Below are positions 58,691 to 64,000 of a stretch of 64,000 nt of DNA, in pieces. The notes beneath the pieces were generated by a model that worked only from the letters and a program-made list of their open reading frames with translations, was not told the origin of the DNA and searched no databases. This DNA is from Alphaproteobacteria bacterium (GTDB taxonomy: Bacteria > Pseudomonadota > Alphaproteobacteria > SP197), in the NCBI GenBank assembly GCA_965213815.1, contig OZ243917.1, positions 3,609,150 through 3,673,149 of the forward strand, in the 5' to 3' direction. A program made the translations under genes and the position numbers. Within the stretch, counting starts at the first letter, position 1; every line of letters starts with the position of its first letter.

Positions 58691-60660
58691 CGAAGGGCAC
58701 GCTCCATCGCTGCATCGATTTCCGGAAGTCCCGCATTCCGGCGTTCGGGGCAAAGCGGAAGGCCGGTGATCTCGGCTGCCTCGGGGGTGAGAGCCACAAG
58801 ATCGTCGCGGCAGGGGCCCTGGACATCATCATATCCCAGTCCGCATGTGATGGCCGCTATCTGCCAGCGCACGCTTTCGAGGAAAGTGTAGATGTGCTGC
58901 GCCTCGACTTCGGGCTTGTAGCGCTTCTCGTGGTCCGGATCCTGGGTGGCAATACCGGTGACACACTGGCCGACATGGCACTGCATGCAGGCAATGCAGC
59001 CTCCGGCAATGATGGCGGCGGTCCCCAGCGCCACGGCGTCGGCTCCAAGACACATGGCCTTGACGGCATCAACCCCGTCTCTCAACCCGCCCATGAGGAC
59101 AATCTCGATGTCCTGGCGGCGGCCGATGGACTCAAGGGCGCGTTCCGCCTCGCAGATGGCAGAGATGGTCGGGATGCCGACGTACTCCATCACCTCGGCG
59201 CCACCGGCGCCGGTCGAACCCTGCATGCCGTCAAGCTCGACGAAATCGAAGCCGTCCTTGACGGCAATCTTGATGTCGTCGTGAATCCGCCCGGCGCCCA
59301 GCTTGACACTGACTGGCAGACGGTAGCCCGTTGCCTCGCGCAATTCCTCGACCTTGATGACAAGATCGTCGGCCCCGAGGATATCGGGATGGCGGGACGG
59401 CGAACGAAGGTCGATACCCGCAGGAATGCCGCGGATCTCCGCCAGTTCCTTCGTCACCTTCTTGGCCATGAGCTGGCCACCGAACCCCGGCTTGGCGCCC
59501 TGGGAGATATAGATTTCCAGGCCGTCGGCGCGGTTCATGTCGTGGATGTTCCAGCCGAGACGGCCACCGAGCATCTGGAAGATGAGCTGACCTGCCGCGT
59601 CACGCTGGGCGTCGCTCATGCCGCCTTCCCCGGTGTTCTCGGCGATTCCCGCCATGCCCGAGGCGATGGCCACCGCCTGCTTGGCGGACCGCGACAGGGC
59701 GCCGTAGCTCATCGGGGCGATGAGGACAGGCATGGTCAGGTCAAGGGCTTTGGCGCCGTTCTTGCCGCCGATCAGCGTGCGCATCGCAACCCTCGAAACC
59801 GGATCCTCACCGACAGCACCCGGCACGATGTCCCTGGCAAAGGCCAGATCGGCAAGGTGTGGCAGTTCACGCGCACCACCGTATCCCCTCACCCGGTATC
59901 GGCCGATCTGGGACTTGATGTAGACGTCTTCCTGGACCTTGTGATTCCAGTAGTTGCTGTCGCCGGAAAAATTGAAATAGGGAATCGAGCGCACCTGTCG
60001 TTCCGGTGTGCCGTAGCGCAGCTTCTTTCCGGCATTCACGATCTTGCGGAAACTGCCCCGGAAAGGAATCTCGTAACGATCGAGGAAGGCCCGGATGTCG
60101 TCGATCTCGTCTTCCCCGGCATCGATCACCATGGCGTCGGACCCCAGTGACACCAGATCGCCGCCGAGGAAGATCTCGCCTCCGGTCATGTCCTCGCCGA
60201 GGCGCTCGCCCGACTCGCCCAGAATGATCATGCGTCCGCCATACATCATGTAACCGGCCATGAAATTGGCGTTGCCGCAGCACGCCAGCGTCCCCTTCTT
60301 CATGACCTGCCCGGCCCGCGATCCCATGTTGCCCCTGATCACGACCTCGGCACCGCGGATCGCCACCCCGGCTATGGCGCCGGCGTTGCCGCCAACGACG
60401 ACGGACCCCCGGTACATGTTGTCAGCCAGCCCCCAGCCGGCGTTGCGCTCAATGTGAAAGCGGGGCATGTCGGTCAGTCCGGCGCAGAAATATCCGGCCG
60501 AGCCACGGACATGGATGTCCACCTCATGAACAACACCGACGCCGATGTGATGGCGCGCATCGGGATTGAGAACCTCGATGGACTCGCCCCGGGCCGCCGC
60601 TTCGCGAATGCCCTCGTTGGCTTCGCGGGTCGACAGGCCCTTCAGATCGATCGTGACCAT
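58687..60660 (-). CDS. fused GXGXG plus FMN-binding glutamate-synthase-like subunit (MgsB-MgsC-like)
   Basis: N-terminal GXGXG repeats; APMSYGALS, NTGEGG, QGAKPGFGG, SPSRHPD, CIACMQCHVGQC. Confidence 0.85.
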   Translation of the reverse strand: MVTIDLKGLSTREANEGIREAAARGESIEVLNPDARHHIGVGVVHEVDIHVRGSAGYFCAGLTDMPRFHIERNAGWGLADNMYRGSVVVGGNAGAIAGVAIRGAEVVIRGNMGSRAGQVMKKGTLACCGNANFMAGYMMYGGRMIILGESGERLGEDMTGGEIFLGGDLVSLGSDAMVIDAGEDEIDDIRAFLDRYEIPFRGSFRKIVNAGKKLRYGTPERQVRSIPYFNFSGDSNYWNHKVQEDVYIKSQIGRYRVRGYGGARELPHLADLAFARDIVPGAVGEDPVSRVAMRTLIGGKNGAKALDLTMPVLIAPMSYGALSRSAKQAVAIASGMAGIAENTGEGGMSDAQRDAAGQLIFQMLGGRLGWNIHDMNRADGLEIYISQGAKPGFGGQLMAKKVTKELAEIRGIPAGIDLRSPSRHPDILGADDLVIKVEELREATGYRLPVSVKLGAGRIHDDIKIAVKDGFDFVELDGMQGSTGAGGAEVMEYVGIPTISAICEAERALESIGRRQDIEIVLMGGLRDGVDAVKAMCLGADAVALGTAAIIAGGCIACMQCHVGQCVTGIATQDPDHEKRYKPEVEAQHIYTFLESVRWQIAAITCGLGYDDVQGPCRDDLVALTPEAAEITGLPLCPERRNAGLPEIDAAMERALR

Positions 60661-61553
60661 GTACGGTAACTTCCCGGTGGCGGTTCCCGGGTATCGAGCG
60701 CGCGGCCCGGGAACAGGCGATTGAGCGAGACCTCTTCCGAGGCAATGGCGATGATATCGTCGTTCTCGAACATGATCATCGGCTTGGCGGCAAGCCGGTC
60801 CTTCGCATAGCCGATCTCGTCACGGGTCGATACAAGGAAGGAGAATGTCCCGTCCATGTCGTCAATGGACGAGGCCAGGGAGTCCTCGAGGGGAATCCCC
60901 TGGTTCATCTTGTCGGCAAGATAGACGGCAATGAGTTCACTGTCGTTGTCCGTGGCAAAGGCGAACCCGCGGCGCTCGAGACGCCGGCGCATCTTCCAGT
61001 AGTTCGTGATCTGCCCGTTGTGAACGATCGCGACATCGGCAAAACCGGTCGCCCAGAACGGATGCGAGGCCTCCGGCTTGACATCCGACTCGGTCGCAAG
61101 ACGCACATGTCCGAGGCCATGCGAGCCCCTGAACAGGTGGACGTCATAGGTGTCATCGACATCATGGGCACCACCCACGTCCTTCACGATCTCCAGGCTT
61201 TCGCCGATCGACACCACCTTGGCCGCGTGTTCCACGGCATAGGAGAATTTCTGCAGATCGCCGCTGAAGCGCACCACCACACGATAGCTGCCGGCGATGC
61301 GCTCTTCGTCGATCACACGGGCGCCGTGTTCGTCGAAGACCGTCTTCAGGGCGGCGATGGCACCCCCCGCCTCGTTGTCGGAACCGACATGGAACCGAAG
61401 CTTCAGCTGGCCTTCCTCGCCACTCTCGTAAAGGGCGAATCCCGTGGAGTCCGGCCCCCGGTGCTGACAACCGTCGAGCATGTCGATCAGCGCCGTCCCG
61501 GTGTCGATACCACTGCCCTCATTCTTCAACAGGATACCGGCAATCCCGCACAT
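60642..61553 (-). CDS. class II glutamine amidotransferase (MgsA/GltB-domain-1-like)
   Basis: MCGIAG (Cys1), HRGPDSTG, GHVRLATES, HPF, HNGQITN, DNDSE. Confidence 0.88.
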   Translation of the reverse strand: MCGIAGILLKNEGSGIDTGTALIDMLDGCQHRGPDSTGFALYESGEEGQLKLRFHVGSDNEAGGAIAALKTVFDEHGARVIDEERIAGSYRVVVRFSGDLQKFSYAVEHAAKVVSIGESLEIVKDVGGAHDVDDTYDVHLFRGSHGLGHVRLATESDVKPEASHPFWATGFADVAIVHNGQITNYWKMRRRLERRGFAFATDNDSELIAVYLADKMNQGIPLEDSLASSIDDMDGTFSFLVSTRDEIGYAKDRLAAKPMIMFENDDIIAIASEEVSLNRLFPGRALDTREPPPGSYRTWSRSI

Positions 61554-61958
61554 GGCCTGTTTCCTCTGATGAAACGAAGTTTCCTGCTATTGATGTCTAT
61601 AGCCGTTTCGCGGCGCCAATGCAAATGAGAGACTCTTGCGCTGTAACGATTTTCGGCGTCGTGTCTTACGGATGGCACCGGTCCTGAGCCGACATCAGGC
61701 GACCGGATCGGTATCGGGTACCGAATTCATGCGCTGTCGAGAAATCGGCGGTGGCATCCGGGGCCAGCGGAAGCGTTTCGCGGAACAGCATGCGCAGAAC
61801 CTTGGGGTGGAACCCCGGCAGATGGGCCAGGACGCAAGTGGTGACGTGCGTCTTTTCAACGGGTTGCAGAGCACCGCTTGGGGTAAAGAATATTCGGACA
61901 CCCAACCGTCCTGTGTATTCTCAACGAGTTAGTGACACCGCAGAGGTCTCAAATGACC

Positions 61959-62480
61959 TCAACGGATCATCTGATCGACAAAGTCCGCCCCGAGACCGAC
62001 ACGGTCGAAATGCTCGCGGCACTGGCGGATCAGCCCGAGGTTGTCCTCGACATGGATGACCCGGTCATCGTCATCGACATAGAGAACCGGTCCGTCGACG
62101 AAGAAGAAGGTCTGCATCTCCTCGGCATCGTCGACCGTGAGCGTGTGCTCCTCTCCTGGCGGTTCAAAGACGTACGAGCCCTCGCGGGCCACCCAGGAAT
62201 GCTCGAGATATCGCCAGCTCCCCTTGATGACATAACCATGCACGGGCGAGGGATGACGGTGGCGTCCGAGAACGCCGCCGCGTCTGACACGCAGGATCTC
62301 GCAGTGGGAGCCCGTGGTCATGTCGAAGAAGAGCGGACGGAACCAGACATTCTCGTCGATCACCACCCACAATCGCTCGTCATCGGCCGGCAGACCGAGC
62401 AGTTCGGGCCGCATGCCAAGCTGACCGAAGGCGGGCGGGTCCCATGCAACGAGGTCCCGGTAGCGGTCGTTCACGTTCAT
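61959..62480 (-). CDS. 2,4'-dihydroxyacetophenone dioxygenase family cupin
   Basis: LGRHRHP, GSWRYLEH.W, YVFEPPGEEHTL. Confidence 0.8.
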   Translation of the reverse strand: MNVNDRYRDLVAWDPPAFGQLGMRPELLGLPADDERLWVVIDENVWFRPLFFDMTTGSHCEILRVRRGGVLGRHRHPSPVHGYVIKGSWRYLEHSWVAREGSYVFEPPGEEHTLTVDDAEEMQTFFFVDGPVLYVDDDDRVIHVEDNLGLIRQCREHFDRVGLGADFVDQMIR

Positions 62481-62495
62481 CTCAATCCTCCGTCT

Positions 62496-63905
62496 TCAAT
62501 CGGACATGTCGCGGGCGAGCCGGGCCATGATGGCGCGCTTGCCGTCATCGTCGAGCTTGTCGAGTTCGTTCATGAGCAAGGGTTCGTTGACCCTCTGGTT
62601 CCAGAAATCCGCGGCCTCGGCCCCGAGCAGTGCCCAGCGGCCGACGATCTGTCGCGTGATCTCGTTGTTGGGACCCATGATCCATCCGGCCTTGGCGTCG
62701 CGCACCAGGCGCTCGATTCCCGCCTTGCGGCTGTATCCGGAACCACCATGGAGCTGCAGCATCCTGTCGGAGACCTCCATCGCCATGCGGCAGCCCAGTT
62801 CCTTGGCCTTGAAGGGCCAGACGGTCCAGGCGGTCCGCGGCATGGCCTGCGGGTCGTCTTCGTGCAGGGTCCAGTCGTTGTTGCGGGTGTTCCGGTCGAG
62901 AAGCTCCGAGACGGCAAAGGCGTAGACCCGCGATGCCTGGACGTCGATCAGGCAGCGGCCGAAGACGTCGTGGGTGGTGGCGTAGTCGGCGATCGACTGG
63001 CCGTACTGTGCGTGGCGACGCCGTGTCGCGTGGTCCTTGGCAAGGTCCATGCAGGCCAGGGCGACGCCGTTGTAGAGAGCGCCGAACATGAGCATGGCGA
63101 GTGGATCGATGGCCTCGTCGTTGGACGCCGCACCATCACCAGGCGGGCCAATCATGCGGCCTTCGGGCAATACGGCATCGATCTCCACCGGGCCGGACTG
63201 GTTGCCGCGCATGCCCATGGCGTCCCACACGCCGGGACTGCCCTTCAACTCATCGCCATAGAGCAGGAACACGGAGAGGTCCGAATAGTCGCCGGAGAAG
63301 CCCGGGCTCACTGTCTGCGTGATCATCCACCTGGCATAGCCGCTCGAGGTGGTGAAGGCGCTCTTCTTGCGGACGTGATAGCCGCCCGGCACGGTCTCGA
63401 CACTGGAGATCTTCGGATACCAGAAATGGCCTCCGGTTTCCGGATCGGTGTAGGAGGCTGAACCGACGAAGCAATCCCGGTCGATGCGGCGCAGCACCTT
63501 GATGGCCTCCTCGTTGCCCGCTGCGCGAAACAGCAGGGCCGCCACCGAGACGAGATGCATGGTGAAGATCACCGCCGTGGAGGGACAGCCGTAGCGTGCG
63601 AGGGTTTCGGTGATCATCGTCACGCCGACGTGGTTTTCTGCCCGACCGCCATACTTCCTGGGAATGATGCAACCAAGGATGCCGAGTTCGGCGAGAGCCT
63701 CGAGACTCTTCCAGGGGTACTCCCCTGTGTCATCGGAGACGATGGCCTGGGGCCGGATCACGTCGTGACAGACCCGGATCAGCCGCTCCTGCAGGTCCAG
63801 CTGCTCTTCCGTCAGATACCACTGCGGATCAAAATCGAAGCCGAGTCCCGGGTAGGGCCTGCCACCCCACTGCTTGGTGCTGTCCAGAGATACAGCCTCC
63901 CTCAT
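62496..63905 (-). CDS. acyl-CoA dehydrogenase fold flavoprotein (non-canonical)
   Basis: LTEEQ, YTDPETG, WDAMGMRGNQS, QLHGGSGY, ERLVRDA; start 63905 or 63917. Confidence 0.82.
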   Translation of the reverse strand: MREAVSLDSTKQWGGRPYPGLGFDFDPQWYLTEEQLDLQERLIRVCHDVIRPQAIVSDDTGEYPWKSLEALAELGILGCIIPRKYGGRAENHVGVTMITETLARYGCPSTAVIFTMHLVSVAALLFRAAGNEEAIKVLRRIDRDCFVGSASYTDPETGGHFWYPKISSVETVPGGYHVRKKSAFTTSSGYARWMITQTVSPGFSGDYSDLSVFLLYGDELKGSPGVWDAMGMRGNQSGPVEIDAVLPEGRMIGPPGDGAASNDEAIDPLAMLMFGALYNGVALACMDLAKDHATRRRHAQYGQSIADYATTHDVFGRCLIDVQASRVYAFAVSELLDRNTRNNDWTLHEDDPQAMPRTAWTVWPFKAKELGCRMAMEVSDRMLQLHGGSGYSRKAGIERLVRDAKAGWIMGPNNEITRQIVGRWALLGAEAADFWNQRVNEPLLMNELDKLDDDGKRAIMARLARDMSD

Positions 63906-64000
63906 GGCGTACCCCAACCCTCGATGGCCGGCCCGGACCTGTCAACCGGCCGGATCCGTCACCCTTCGCGCTGTGCGAGTGGAAAGCGCGCCCACAGGGT

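Noticed and set aside
61566-61590. CTGATGA...GAAAC resembling a hammerhead ribozyme core
   Set aside because: No GAAA follows a stem II, and no stem I/III pairing is visible.
1-64000. CRISPR arrays, IS elements, integrases, prophage genes, rRNA or complete tRNA genes
   Set aside because: None seen by eye: no regularly spaced repeats and no transposase, integrase or phage motifs.

Overview
GC-rich, gene-dense bacterial chromosomal segment, most likely from an alphaproteobacterium (inferred from protein families and an alphaproteobacterial-type tRNA-fMet remnant). About 60 plausible CDS. Main blocks: (i) pyrE/MFS and a divergent operon with an MBL hydrolase, methyltransferase, adenylate cyclase, SDR, desaturase-like protein and phnN (1-7.2 kb); (ii) a small accessory patch with a lipoprotein, an eroded DUF1989 gene and an AAA-ATPase/DUF4276 pair (7.2-10.5 kb); (iii) a catabolic region with choline sulfatase, four Fe(II)/2-oxoglutarate oxygenases, GST, an imine-reductase-like enzyme, twin non-canonical AhpD-like genes and a C45 hydrolase (10.7-28.4 kb); (iv) an 18-kb uncharacterised locus with four glycosyltransferases, a phosphatase, a deacetylase, an Opp-type importer, and a divergent ABC exporter with degenerate ATPase motifs plus a cNMP-binding protein and a methyltransferase (28.6-46.2 kb); (v) a tRNA-fMet 3'-half scar followed by vapBC; (vi) cystathionine beta-synthase, NUDIX, and TPP-riboswitch-controlled thiBPQ; (vii) a methylamine/N-methylglutamate-synthase-like locus with unusual fusions and a variant Amt channel with a small partner gene (53.5-61.6 kb); (viii) an ACAD-fold protein and a cupin. 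The best candidates for undescribed systems are (iv) together with the cyclase genes in (i), the fused glutamate-synthase-like complex in (vii), and the twin-AhpD operon. All calls come from reading motifs by eye; no searches were run, and several start codons were re-chosen from the ORF track.
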